The notes under the pieces were generated by a model. That model made no database searches, was not told where the DNA came from, and worked only from the letters and a program-made list of their open reading frames with translations. From the human T2T-CHM13v2.0 reference genome, Homo sapiens, in the NCBI RefSeq assembly GCF_009914755.1, contig NC_060929.1: a stretch of DNA of 64,000 nt; one strand, 5' to 3'. Positions within the stretch are counted from its first letter, which is position 1. Each line of letters opens with the position of its first letter. This document shows positions 1-13,700 of this stretch, in pieces. The position numbers and the translations under genes were made by a program.

Positions 1-585
1 TGGTTTGTGATTTCTATATTGTTTAACATACCTTTCCCTATCCTGAGGTCATAAAAATAGTCTCTATGTCCTTTTCAGAAGGACTCCCCTTTTTTCCTTT
101 CAGTATAAACCGTAACCTCATGAAACTTAGTGAACAGGTTTCAGGTTACAAGGTGGAATTCTACAGAGCACATTGATGGAATATGTCTGCTAAATCCTCT
201 TCAAGACCTTACGAGTAGAAGAAAATACAAGCTGTTTCTAATCGGGTTCTCAGGAAGGCCATTTGCTTAGTTCAGGCAGCCAACATCAGCCTATGCTAGG
301 ATAACGAGAGAGACTTGTGTTTTTGTCATTAGACAGGAAACTTGGGCTCAGGGAGACACACTGGCCGCTCCTCCACACCCCTCCAACTCTCCTTCAGAAC
401 TCTATCTTTGCCATGAGTATTCCTGAATTGGGGCTACACTATGTCAGCTCCCATTTTTATTTTTAACAAATAATCTCTTTCTCCTTAGGCTCCACAGTGC
501 TTTTTAAAAAGAAATTCTTTAATAGTTCTCTAAACATCAAGTTTTAGTCATCCTCTTCAGTAATTGTTTCTTTAATTGCTCCTTA

Positions 586-809
<224 letters not shown>

Positions 810-1699
810 CAGATTTTTAAAAATTGTTTTTGTCAGTTTTGGTCCCTTAACTCTTCCTTCTTGATTTCTGTTGACAATCATAGAAACAACTACCGAGGCT
901 GCCTCTAGAAATATTCAGAGGCTTCCAAGCTCCTCTTTGGGAAACACTGATTGGCAGAACTGGCTCTCAACAGCATTTATGAGAAAGGGTTTTGCTGTTC
1001 CCCCTGCTGTGTTTCCCAGCATCTGTTCATTCTTACTGCTTCCCCACCCCAGATTTCCCGGGGCACAGCTCTTAGCCTCCACGTCCCTTCACCTCAAAAT
1101 GCAGCAGTCCATCTTCTATTCCCTGTCTGAATCATTCCGCTAAATTAACCTGATAAACCAATCTGCATTGATTTGTGGTGCTGGGTAGAAAGTGGGCTTC
1201 TGTCTTGCTGCTTCTCCTTGATATGTTTGCATTTTAAAGGGAATTTTAAGCAGTCCCCACTCATACAAATAACTGACTTTAATATGGAAATAAAATATCT
1301 CATTCAGAGCAGGTATAGGGAGGCTAAAGTCAGCTCATGCATGTGAAAAATAATAAAGCCCTCGATAGATTTAAAGAGTGATTGTTTTTATTTCTCTCAC
1401 GGGCAAGCAAAGGAGGGAGCTCTTCGCTCAGTTGCTTCTTAGGCCCCTTAAGGTACATCATTTAGGTGCTGCCTATTTCAGCACAGGGAGCTGGGATTAT
1501 AGGTGCTGCTCTAATTCCAGGAAAACTGCTATGGCAGGAAAATTAAAACAAGGAGGGAAGATAGAACCCAAGATATATGCCTAGAGACTTCATACATAAG
1601 TGTGGGAAAGAGGTTTGAGATAATCAGCATGGTTTTCTAGCATGAATTATTATGGATACAAAAGTGATCACCCAGGCAGCGTGTGAGAAGGGAGGAAGA

Positions 1700-1756
1700 C
1701 TTGCTGCCTCCTCAGCCTGGTTCCTAGAATGATTATGCAGGGAGCTTACCTGAGTT
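1700..1756 (+). repeat. 57-bp dispersed duplicate of 2314-2370
   Basis: 55/57 identical by manual alignment. Confidence 0.92.
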
Positions 1757-1899
1757 CTGAGAAGGGAGGAGGACTCTGATTGGAATCCTGGGAAGCAACT
1801 ATATGTAAGAATCAGGCCAGAGAAGAGCAGCTTGCAAGGGACATGTTCAGAGGGGTGGGAAGAAAAGCAGGAAGTAACACCACTACCAAAATCACCTAT

Positions 1900-2050
1900 C
1901 ATTTATTGGCACTTTCTGTGTTAATCTTTTCATATGCATTTTTCTCCTAGTTATCACAGCAACCCTGTGAGATAGGAATTATGATCTCTCTTAAACAGAC
2001 ATAAGTCAGAAACAGCAAGTAATTTGCCTAATCCACAGAATTGAGGATTG
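1900..2050 (-). mobile_element. MIR fragment
   Basis: cacagcaaccctgtgagataggaattat...aagtaatttgcc, MIR core in reverse. Confidence 0.6.
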
Positions 2051-2054
2051 TCCT

Positions 2055-2569
2055 GTTGGGGTTCTATGGATGAAACTATTGGCTCCACTTCACAACTCCC
2101 TGTATTCACACCTTTTGCCATGTGACTTTGCGGTCCCTCTTACCGGAGGCATGGTGTACTTCCTCACCCCTTGACTGACTTTGAGCTTGGTCATTTGAGT
2201 TTTATAGACAAAAGGAATGTGGGCAGAGATAACAACGTACCTGTTTCAAACTAGGACTTAAGAGGTATGCCAGGCTTCCACTTGCTCTCTTGTGTTTCTG
2301 GCATCACACCAAGCTTGCTGCGTCCTCAGCCTGGTTCCTAGAATGATTATGCAGGGAGTTTACCTGAGTTTTATCTGCAGCTAGCTGGATCTGCAGCTTG
2401 AGGTACACTCACCTAGCAGATCCCCAGCTGATCCACGTGACTAAATCTGGCTGAACCATCCCAGCTGATGTTCTGACATATGAGAAATAAATTCTTATTA
2501 TTGTATTCCATGAAGAGTATATGGTTATTTTGTTACACAGCATTTTTGAGGGAATAGCTAACTGATGCA
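2055..2569 (+). mobile_element. MLT1 (ERVL-MaLR) solo LTR, MLT1I/J-like
   Basis: cccttttgccatgtgactttgc-like 5' part and a typical MLT1 end: tgagaaataaat...gttacacagca...atagctaactgatgca. Confidence 0.7.
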
Positions 2570-3499
2570 GAAGTGAACTCAGACAGTATGATTCCAGAAT
2601 CATACGCTCTTTTTGAACCTTAAAGATATCAGGGAAATCAGAAAAGTCGAGTTTAAAGAGACAAAGAGTAGCCATCGTGGCTATATGCTGCAAGGTTAAA
2701 TAAGATAATTGTAAAATGTAGCATTTCAGAGCATTTTCTGTATGCACAGGTTTGAATTACAATGCAATACTTCAGCCAAACCACAGACAAGCAGCAGGTA
2801 CAGAAGTTTCACGCAAGAACACTGTGACAGGCAAGCAGATGTCTCCAGAAAGAAAAGTCTATTTGAACAACTGGCAGACATGAATTCTACCTCTAATGCT
2901 GGAACATCCGGCAAAGAAGCCTTGAGGGGAGGTGACTAAGTAACAACAACTATGGAAATCAAGCATAAGCTAATTTGCTGTACATCAATACTGTAACCTA
3001 GAAAATCTATGTTTGGTGATGTGTGATCCACAGGCAATCACCATAGAGAGCAAAGCATAAACATAATCAGACAATTTAGGTCTTACTATTCTATCCTTTT
3101 TTATTTGATCATTTTTATTAGACATAGGTATATAATGATCATTTTGAATTTACTATAGTTTTATTTTAATCTTTCAAATACAATCAAGAATATAAGATAT
3201 TGACAAAATGGATAATTTCTTATTTGATCCACAGAAAATGTGTACATATTTGATCTTAGTCAAAGGTTGTGAGGCAAGAAGAGCCAGAGAGAGCATCTGG
3301 ATGCTTGAGCTTGAGTATTGAGTATTCACAAGCACTATACCTGACCTTACTGTCCAGACTGCATATATCTCATCTATAAGAGGAGAGCAAATCAATCATA
3401 GTACTTGCTTCCAACCTAGATTACTTATATAACAGCCTTTCAGCTCTAAAATTAAATAAATCTCTTAAATATCACATAGAACTCTTGTGATTAACTTCT

Positions 3500-6400
3500 T
3501 AGAACATGTTGCTAGAAGAATGAAGGAATTTTTTAAAGAAGGAAGCTTGCAATCCCTGACAAGACTGTGATATGCGGAAGCTTACAACCAATCCCCACCC
3601 CCACGAACAAGGCTAAAGAAAAAAAATTTAATGAAAAACTTTCATCAGAATTGGATCTAAGGAACTGTGCAACCCTTTACGACAAAAGTTGATGATTTTG
3701 GTTTAGATGGAGTGTGTTTAGAATAATATCAAAGACTGACTCACAAATCCTCTTTTCAAAAGAATGGAGCAATATTACAGAGAATAAGCAAAGGCGACCC
3801 CAGGAATGAAAACCCTGGCAGAATATTCCAGAAGACTTTACTTTGGAGGGCTTGGCCAAGTCCCAAAGGGCACTAGAGAATAAAGTATCACCGCCATGGA
3901 TTAACAGCAGCTCGAGTCTCCAGGAGCAGCACTCTGAGAAACAGTAGCAGCTATACCCAGTGAACACCATGGGAGAAGTGTGCGTCTTTATGACCCAGCT
4001 TCTCAGTGGAGTCAAGAACTGATTCCAACACGAGATGGTACTTTCAAAAATGGAGACGAATCCCCTAATCTGAAGGAGGGAAAGCTAAAGATGATGCTAG
4101 ACTGCAGAGAGGTGGGGACCAGCTTACCTAGAGCTGCTGCAGTTGAAGAGCATTCAGGAGCAGCTGTGCTGGAGGGAGACGAGGTCACTGCTTCTCTGCG
4201 ACCGGACTTTCTCCCCAGTGCGACCAGTTTGCTCTGATCTGCGAGGACCACTTTTTAAAAATAGAGAGATCCCCGGTGGAAGAGAGAATCCTCTGCTTCA
4301 ACAGGAAATCTACAGCCTCCATGAGGGAGATCCAGAAAAACATAGCCACACTTTGTATCTGGAGTACAGATTGGGCCAAACTGAAAGCCAGAGACAGAAA
4401 GTTGGTCCCTGGTGCAGGGGTCTTAACCAAGATTTTTTAAAAAACATGCAGAGCAAAAATTGCCCTCCTGAGACTCTATACCACATCCTCACTCTCATTT
4501 CCCCTCCAACTATAGACACCCAAGTTCCGAATTGGTAATACAAAGACTTTTTTTCTTAATTTTCATTCAGGATTCCAAACTAATTTTGAAAAGGAAGGCC
4601 TTGTCAGAGCCCAGGAAAACCAGGAAGAAACCATAAGAAACAGCATAGATTATTTGGGGGCATCTACTAAGCCCAGATAAGCTTGTCCTTATTCAAGAAT
4701 GAGTAACCAGAAGAAGAAGAAGAAAAAAAAAAAGAACACTTTTGAGTCTATGATGGGATTCTGCAATGCAAAAGAAGACAAAGCATGAAAAGATCAGGTG
4801 AAAGTATCAGCTGAAGAATGACAAAGTTTATAAATTTCGAAAGGAGACCTTGATTTCTCATAAAGTGTTGCAACCTGCAGGTTGGCTATTCTGACAGGCT
4901 AGGAAGCATAGCCTCAGCCAGAAGCTGGGAAGGGGCAAAGGGAACAGGAATTTATAGGAACAAGATGGACAAATATGCATATTCAATAAACTATAGGAGG
5001 AGTTATGAATATTTATGAGAGGAGAAATGTGCACATACGCAATGGAGTTCAATGCTCCTTCGTGGGTCCCATGTACAAAAGTGGCTGCATTAGCATCATC
5101 TAAGGGTGGCATTTTCAGTTCTTCTATGTCAAAAGGTGAAGCAAAGGACACCCTTACTGCACATTCTCCATAGACTAACCAGAATCGTTCTGTGGTTGGT
5201 GGTCTCTTATCAGGCAGAAAAGGAGGGGCAGTGTCAGCTGGTTGGTTGATATCAGTGGTGGACTCTTGAAAGGGCTGGTTTCTGTTCAGCCCTTAGAGAA
5301 GAAAGCCTCATCCTGGTTAGAGAGGGAGGAGGTACAATGAGGCGTGTCTAACCTCCCATGCTCTCATGGCTGAGAACTCAGTTTTCAAGCTTATTCTGGG
5401 GTCCTTGGCCAAGGGATGGTCTGTTCAGTCCATTGAAGGGCTTAAAAGTTTATTTTGATTTCTCAAGAGTATACTTTTAAAGATTTACTCAAGGAAACGT
5501 AAGTGAAGTTTTAGGTAGAAAATGCTTTGGCTTCTCAAAGAAATTAAAGAAAGCATGGTAAAATGAAACAAAGATGATAACACAGAGGCTGGAGATAAAG
5601 TGATAGTAGGCAGAGCTGAGATAAAGTTTTAAAAAGCAAAACCAATGCAGAATTTTCAATAGTATCAATAGAAAACACAATCTACATTGCAGAAAATTAA
5701 AGTACTGATAAATACTGCCTTGAAAACAATCACTTAGATTTCATAGGAAAGAATATGAAGAGATCATTAGAACATCAGAGAAAAGATGATAAACATAAAA
5801 AACAGTAAAAACATAGAAATAATTTGCTTTTCTAAAAATATTAGAATAAATGACATGAAAATAATATGGAAAGCTATAGTAGAATCCCGCCCATCAATCT
5901 GATAAAAGAACCCTTTGGTCGAAAAGAAGACTCTTCATATCAGGCAAATTTTACAATAATCAACTGACATTTAAACAAAACCTAGGAAAATCAGTGAATA
6001 TATAGGATCAAGAAAACTAAAGACACATACAAACACCTACATGTAAAAAAGAACACCTGTGTATCATCAAAGAGAAAAAAACAATCAGACACCTCATGTA
6101 GAACATCAGATATGAGAAGACAATAGATCAATATGCAAAGTTTTGAGAAGACAAGACTAGGAACTGAAAATTTTACATTCATTCAAGTTACTGTTGCTGT
6201 GTATAAGCAACGGAAAGACATTCCTGTACTTGCAAAGACTCCAGAAGAAAATCTTCAAAATCTGGCCCAAAAATTTAGCCCAAAAAAGTGGATAAAATTA
6301 AGTACTCACAAATGGCATAATTGATGAAGAACTAGTGTTGAACACAAAAATCATGTAAGTTACCTTTAAAGTTACAGATGGAATCTACTCACATATTTCT

Positions 6401-6650
6401 TTTATAAAACAAGGTGAATATCATAGTATTTATAAGAATGTAATAATAATTAATTGGTACAAAGACTGCAGAATTTATAATAGTCAAAAATGGGAGGTGA
6501 GTGTGTGGGGAAAAGATATTTAAGTATGCTACTTTCTTAATCTTAACTAGTCAAGCAATAACAGATGCATTTCATTCCTGGCATTGATAACTGGAGTCAT
6601 TTAGATTAGTAGATTATATAAGGATCTTAGTTTTGTTTTGTACCAGTATT
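3500..6650 (+). mobile_element. Probable old L1/HAL1-like remnant (5'/ORF1-type region), interrupted by an LTR
   Basis: Strong plus-strand A-richness and L1 ORF1-like texture. No intact ORF; boundaries are rough. Confidence 0.35.
4819..5465 (-). mobile_element. ERV1 solo LTR, MER39-like
   Basis: TG...CA termini. The reverse complement begins tgagaaatcaaaataaac...ttggccaaggaccccagaataagcttgaaaactgagtt, typical of MER39/MER4-group LTRs. Confidence 0.7.
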
Positions 6651-8169
6651 TTCTTTCTTTGGTGAGAATAATCAAGTGATTGACTTTTGAGTTTGCCTTC
6701 TAGAATACAGTTTGTTCCAGGCCAAGAATAAATTTCAGCCATGAAACCTGAAATTAGCTTCTTGAAAAGTATGAATTCTTGATGCACAATGAAGCATAAT
6801 CCATGATTACTGCCAAAAGATGTGCTCTGTTATCATTACCATTAATTTGTGAGGCATAAAAAATCCAAGTATTTTTGAAATTTCCTAAGTATTCTTCATA
6901 TGATTTGCTGAAAAAGATTAATGTTAATTTAGCTGACTAGAAGAAAAAATAAAAGAAAGCAGAAGTGTTAAATATGTAAATTATGTGTATGCCTTTAGTA
7001 AAAGTTCATCTTTAATCTTGTTCAAAAATGTCTTTCAGAATGTCAGATAAAACTCTCTCATTTGGCCCCTCTCCCCTTTTGCCTGGCTACAGAATTTAGA
7101 GAAGGTAGCTGTAAAATACCAGGGATAACCCACGGCCGTTTCTAGCCTTTGTCTTTGAACTCTGACATGTCAAGGTCAGGCAGTAGGCCCAGTAAAGTTG
7201 CACACAGGAGTCCAGGTGATCATGCAAACTCCAAACCAGGTGATAGTACTCCACATTCACCCAAGCACACTTATGCCTGAATGGAGACTTAATCAGCATT
7301 ACCAAATATGTCCTGGAGTATCTTTAATGTTCCATAGGGCAGCTGATCCTATTGCTTTATGTAATGTCTTTTAGAGGCACACTGTTGCTGACAAGCAACC
7401 TTACCAGAGTTAAGAAGCAAGAAATACTCATCCTGAGTAACAAGAGAGGAATAACCATAAAACACTAAACTTGGCACTTTACTCCACCTATAGCCAATGC
7501 CAGAAGAAGAGAAGTAAATTGGAAGAAAGAAAACAGACACTGTGGAGTATCACTTTTGAAATAATAGACCCTGCTTAATGAAGAAAAATGAAGCTCAGAG
7601 AAGTTAACATGTCCAGGTCAACATAGTAAGTGATGACACTGGGATTTCAATCCAAGTCAGATTCCCAAACCTAGCACTTAGCACTATAATCTTCTACCTC
7701 TTAAATTTGCTAGGGATTAAAATTTTGATTTAAAAACAAGCCAAAAAAGATATAATTTTCATACTCTACTACTAATAATTCCTGGAAAGGAAGAAATTTT
7801 CAAAATATGGAAATAGGGTTTATATTTGACTTAGGCCCTTCGAAGTGGAAATCTTTGGTTTGGACCTGCTTTGAAATTTTAGAATGGATATTTGAAATGT
7901 TTAGTGTTTAACTCCATTCATTAATTGAAACTACATGCACATCATTAAATAAGGCTCAGAATCAGCACTTCTCTAATTACATTAAAACACACAAACAACT
8001 CAGGTAAGAGAAATTTTGCTGAATTTGGTTTTAAGCAACTTTATTACCTACTACATTAATCAGGTTAACCAAATTACCTTGAACTTACTGCTTTATTTTG
8101 TGATAAACAGATTGTTGGACATAATCCCTGATTCACCTCCTGGACCCTGCATGGCATTTTTCATTTTTT

Positions 8170-8730
8170 GCATCCAGTTAGGCACCAAGTCATAGTCATA
8201 TTCATTTTACTCCCATATGCATAGGAAATATGTATTTTCATATTTATATCCACAATCCTGTCTCCTAGGCTATAGTAATATCCTCCTAATTACACTCCTT
8301 GTAATTGCTCTTGCATGACTTCTAGTCCATTTTTTATACATCAAGGTAATCATTTTATAAAGGGAACATGATCATGTGATCATGCTTAAAGCATATTACA
8401 ACCCTTAAGGAAAAAGAAAACCCAAATCTGTTTATTAGCCCCTCCTCATTTCTTGGCTAACAGTTACTCACCTTTCAGGTCTCACATTTCCTCTGGGAAA
8501 CCTTTCCTCTCTGGCAGTTAAATTCCTACCAGGCATTCCCAAAGCAGGCTGCTTTCTCCATTGAAGGTGGTTCTTGTTAACACTGATGATTACTTATTCA
8601 ATGTTTGCCTTCCTGACCAGACTGTAAGCTCCAAGAAGGCAGGGGCTTCTTTAGTCTTGTCACTGCTCTGTTTTCAGCCCTTCCGGCAATTCTTGGTGCT
8701 CAATAAATATTTGTTGATTTGATTCATTGA
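8170..8730 (+). mobile_element. L2 3' end
   Basis: agactgtaagctccaagaaggcagggg...gtgctcaataaatatttgttga L2 terminus. Confidence 0.7.
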
Positions 8731-8801
8731 ATTATGTATATACTTACAGTTTATAGAAATCTGAGAATTCAGAAATTCTCAGATTTCTGAAACAATATTC
8801 T

Positions 8802-9030
8802 GAAACAATAATTCAGAAAATATAAAACTGGAGAATTCACCTACCTGTTTTGGGGTGGCACCATACCACCCTAACCCTTTAGTAGGTGGTCTTAATCCTT
8901 TTTTAGTGGCCAGTCCATGTATTGAAGTCATGAGCATCACCTGATCTTGTCATAAAGCCAAGAGGAGGGCTTCTTCCTCCAGCTGCGGGCTAGATTTGGG
9001 TTCTGCTCAGTGATCCTTTAGTTCAGAGCA
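8802..9030 (+). repeat. 229-bp local duplication, copy 1 (copy 2 at 9813-10041)
   Basis: Ungapped, 5 mismatches, offset 1011 bp. Confidence 0.95.
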
Positions 9031-9567
9031 GATGAGTATCTATTATCTGGTATTATCAGAGGAGTCTTTGAGCTTTATTTTTTACAAATAGTGGTCAGTT
9101 TTATTGCTGGTTACAAGGCATGAAGTATTATAAAAATCAAGGCTGTACGTAAATGCCCCTGAAAAGCTGTTGAAATTCCAAGTAATCTGCACAGTTTTAT
9201 CCAAGTGACCAAAGCACTTTCAACAACCTCAGGAAAAATCTACCTATGCCAACAATTAGATTAAAATGAGCTATTTCCAGAGTGTTAAGTCTCTGCATGC
9301 TCTAAATTCTGCCAGGAATAGATCATTCCAACAGAACTATTTGTCCTGAAGAGAAGCATGGATACTCTGATAATGCGCTTAGACCAGATTGTGAAAAAAC
9401 AAATAAACATCCAGGTCATGGCCCTTACTTTTTCCATTCAGGTTATTTATATGCCAATGTTTCACTACAAGTTTTATGAATTTGTAAATTTATTTAGCAA
9501 ATGCCACCACAATTTCCTTTGAAAACATGTTATTGTACTATGAATAAGAAAGACAGAACAGACATAT

Positions 9568-9685
9568 TGGCTCCTGCCTGTAATCCCAGCACTTTGAGAG
9601 GCTGAAGCAGGAGGATCACTTAAGGCCAAAAGTACAAGACCAGCCTGGGCAACTTAGCAAGACCCTGTCTCTACAAAAAATAACA
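9568..9685 (+). mobile_element. FLAM / AluJ left monomer
   Basis: gcctgtaatcccagcactttgagaggctgaagcaggaggatcactt...gaccctgtctctacaaaaaa with no right arm. Confidence 0.85.
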
Positions 9686-9812
9686 ACTTCAAAAGAAAGA
9701 AATACGTGTTAGAATTCTCACATTTCTCTTGATGAAGAATCAGAACTGGGAAGAAACATAGAATGAAATAACTATATACAATCTAACTCTGATTATCCAA
9801 GGTTAGTGAAGA

Positions 9813-10041
9813 GAAACAATAATTCAGAAAATATAAAACTGGAGAATTCACTTACCTGTTTTGGGGTGGCACCATACCACCCTAACCCTTTAGTAGGTGG
9901 CCTTAATCCTGGTTTAGTGGCCAGTCCATGTATTGAAGTCATGAGCATCACCTGATCTTGTCATAAAGCCAAGAGGAGGGCTTCTTCCTCCAGCTGCGGG
10001 CTAGATTTGGGTTCTGCTCAGTGATCCTTTAGTTCAAAGCA
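9813..10041 (+). repeat. 229-bp local duplication, copy 2
   Basis: Matches 8802-9030 and runs on into an L2-like tail (caaatatttattgaac). Confidence 0.95.
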
Positions 10042-10648
10042 AATATTTATTGAACATGTTCTATGTACCAGATATGCTCACAGGTTGTATTGATACTGTC
10101 CCCCAAACAACCTTAAATTTTATAAGTCAACTATATCTCAGAAACAGCCCAAGTGATATGTTCCAGGTCACAGAGAAATTTAGAGAGAACCAGGGTTGGC
10201 ACCCCAGCCTTTAGACTCCCCTGAGCCATGACCACTCTGGGTCTGACCTCAGCTGTCGGCATCTCACAGATCCCTGGAGCAGGTAGCATTCTTCGAGAAT
10301 GGTCTGGAAGCCTGCCAGGATTGATCACAGAGGTGATATTCAGTGAGCAGGAGCCTTGGCAGCAGGGAGGCTCTTATGTCTCCCACCCTGAAAAAGGGAA
10401 AGAACTCCTTCCTCTGCCCATGATTCTCAAGCTCCCACAGGCCTCTTATGTTTAACCAGGTTCCAGGGACCAGAAACCAGCTCTTTCCACTGGCTCTGCT
10501 GGGCAGGCCCTCTGACTGAAGGCTCCCCCTTGGGCATGGCTTAACGAGCCCCTTTCCTGTACACCCTGTCCCTGAGAAAAACCTAAAGGTAGAAGGAGAG
10601 CATTTTTCCAGTACACCTGAGCCAACCCCTGCCTTAGCAAAAATATGA

Positions 10649-10714
10649 AAACCTGAAAAATGGGTTTCTTTTCTATAATCAAACCTGAAAAATAGGTTTC
10701 TTTTCTGTAATCAA
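10649..10714 (+). repeat. Tandem duplication, 32-bp unit x2
   Basis: aaacctgaaaaat(g/a)ggtttcttttct(a/g)taatc twice, 2 mismatches. Confidence 0.9.
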
Positions 10715-13700
10715 GATTTCTTAAAACTGCACTTCCTCAGAATTCTGAGAGTTATGGGTGTAGGACTCAGGAATAGGTATAAAGAGGCTTGATAATCAAA
10801 CTTCTGATGAGCTTCACAGCAGGCAGAGTGCCTCACTTATCTTTTTGTTTCTTATCCTGCAACATAACTATTGAAAACTTTTGAATTTCATCAATAAACG
10901 AATACCTGAATGCTAGCATGCTTGTTTTAGAGTTTATGACAGATAAATTGAGCAGATAGATGAGGAAGATTATGATTTGGTTTTGCTTCGTTTTGTCTTT
11001 CTCTCCAACAGTTTTTCCTTACATTAAAATGGCATGATGTTTAACCCATAGATTACACCAGCCCCTCAAACATCATTACAAAGTTCTCTCCTCATGCCCT
11101 CTCTTTGGTCACATCCAATAGTCCCAGAACCGGTGTCATTATGTATTTGGAAGAGAGCAAGACCCCTAGATTACACAATTACTTAGGGAATAGTCCTTTA
11201 CAGAAATTCAGAGTAAACGTGAAGAGGTAGGATAGAAGAACAGCTGGTACAGATGAGGAAATCTCAGGAAAAACAAATAGAAAACTGCAGAAAGAAAAGG
11301 GAGTTTCTCCTCTTCTGATGTTAATAAGCTGTTACAAAATTCATTTTGTGAAATCTGTTTTATTAAGCTGTTTTTCTTTATATGCACATAGTTGACATGG
11401 AAAATAAACTACTTACATCTGGTAAGTAATTAAAAATACTTCTTGGTTCCATACATTTGTGCCAACTAGAGAAGTAGAAGTGACCCAAAGTAGCCCTGAA
11501 TGAAAAAGAAGAAATAAAGTATCTAATCATTTCGACTCTTATTAGGCCACTAACGTAAATCCATCTCAGGATCAAATAGTCTCCCACTAAGTCATGTCTT
11601 GGCTTTATTTTCAAAGACTTTTGCTTTGCTAGTCCTACATTCATGTCTTAGAGACAATCTTAAGGAATTAGGTAATTTTATTTCCTGTGTCATTAAGTGC
11701 TTATTTAAAATACTTGCAGACCTTGCTGGCTACCTCTGGAAAGCTTAGATTTCCCCCCAAAAAAATATGACATAAAACCACACAGTTTTATGGATCCTGT
11801 TCCAATAATCTTTTAGCTTTTTTGCTTTTAATACTTTCCATTGGTACGATTTAGTTAATTCTATTAGGCTACTTTTGAGACCTGTTTGTTCAGGGTGACT
11901 CTCACAAAATTAAAGCCACTAAATTGCACAACTACAGAGGGTGCCATGCACTTGGAAGACTCCAGATCCCCAAGCTATGGAGTCAATGGATTTCCTTATG
12001 GTTTTATACAACTCTCCACAAATTGCTTAGAAACCCTCCTTCCCCAAAGTTTCATTGGAATGTGGTCCTTAAACTATCAACCTAAATCTACTAGAAAATC
12101 TTATCAACTCTAAATTTTTATTTGCATACAGATAAAGAAGAAGCTTAGTGTTGGATGCTCTTCTTGGTCTCCTAAATGTCTCACTCATATAATGAGCACT
12201 GACCATCAGTAGGAGGAAAAATATATTCTGTGAGAGCTACAAAAAACATTGTCGCTGTTCTAGGAATGATTATTGGGAGGAAGACTTTGACAGGTTATCC
12301 CCAAATTGGGCATTCTTCTGTGTATTTTTCTGCCCTTGGTAGTCCTGGAGAGTACCAGTGTGGATGAGCTCATATCACCTATTCAGCTCCAAGGACAGCA
12401 GCTCAGTCATTGACCCAGGCAGACATACAGGTATTACAGGACGGTAAGCCTTTTAGACACAAAGAGGAAATACAGTGCATTATAATTGTGACTCTAGAAA
12501 ATAAGACTGATACAGATCTTTAGATTTGCCTATCCAAATGAAATTTAAACATCTAAAAATCACAGAGCTTTATGAGTAGCAGTAGATTCTTACTGTAAAA
12601 CTGTACCTGCGTAATGAGACATGCTGGAACATGAACCACTATGAAATAATTCACATATCTCAGTGTTCAGATCGCTAATGGAAAGAATGTATGTGACATG
12701 GATACAACTCTACGGTATAAATATATAGGTATGGAACCCTTAAAAACATGTTTTGTAAAAAATACTATATACACCTAACTGAAACCTTTTAGGTGCATAA
12801 TAGTAATAAATATTTCTTATTCTGTACCCCTCCCCACCCCCACCATACTCTCAAGAAAAGCCTGTTTAGATTTGTGCTTTTATCTGCATCAAAATTTTTC
12901 TTATTTAACACATGTTAAATTTGTGTTGGTATCATATATTCTTTTGTATGTCTTTTCATCGAATGGTATTTCAAAGACTACTGCTATTTGCATGCAAGTA
13001 ACTGTATGCAATTATTGTCAGATTGCAAACGTGGTTACCTGGGTTTGGCACAAGAAGGTGCAGATACAGTGTGATCTACCATGTTAGGAAATGTCACATT
13101 TTACTCTTCTGATGTTTAGTTTTTAATTACTTGAAGAAGTTTAAACAATTAATTTGTTGATAAAAATAAGGCTGCTTAGGTGCTGCCATTTTGACTAAGA
13201 AAACAAACTATCTGCCAACTAGAAACTCAAAGCCCCACCCAAGAGTAATCATCACTTTGTAGCTTGACACAGTGTTTTACTGGAAAGATGATTGTCTACT
13301 TCAGGGAATAGCCTCTTTGGAATGTGAATTCCATATGGTTTTGTGAATAGAAGTTCAACCATTTCAGCAGCACATGATTCAGAAGAAGTCAGGTAAGCCT
13401 ATTAAACCAAGTACACTGTCAATTGCAATGGTAAACGTTTGGTGAACGGGGAAAAGAGAAATGGCCATTGGTAGCTCTTCAACTCCAATTCTGGATGGCA
13501 ACTTGTAATCAATTTATAACGGAGGAACTGGCAATGGAGATAGTTCTCCCAATCCACATTACGAAACACAAAATCTAGTAGAACAGCTTTTGAAGGCTTT
13601 TAGAAATAACAAGTTTTTCTGGGGATGTTTTCTGTAGATTAAGGACTGGGAAACTAGTTAGCATCCTCAGAGTCGACTTTGGCAAGCTGAGGAGCCCTAG

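Noticed and set aside
3677-4543. Cluster of overlapping 77-131 aa ORFs
   Set aside because: No recognisable domain. The local GC increase within a probable old LINE remnant explains the open frames.
12617-12636. p53-like element AGACATGCTG-GAACATGAAC (PLK2 is a p53 target)
   Set aside because: Three mismatches to RRRCWWGYYY x2 and far from the gene. Expected by chance without ChIP support.
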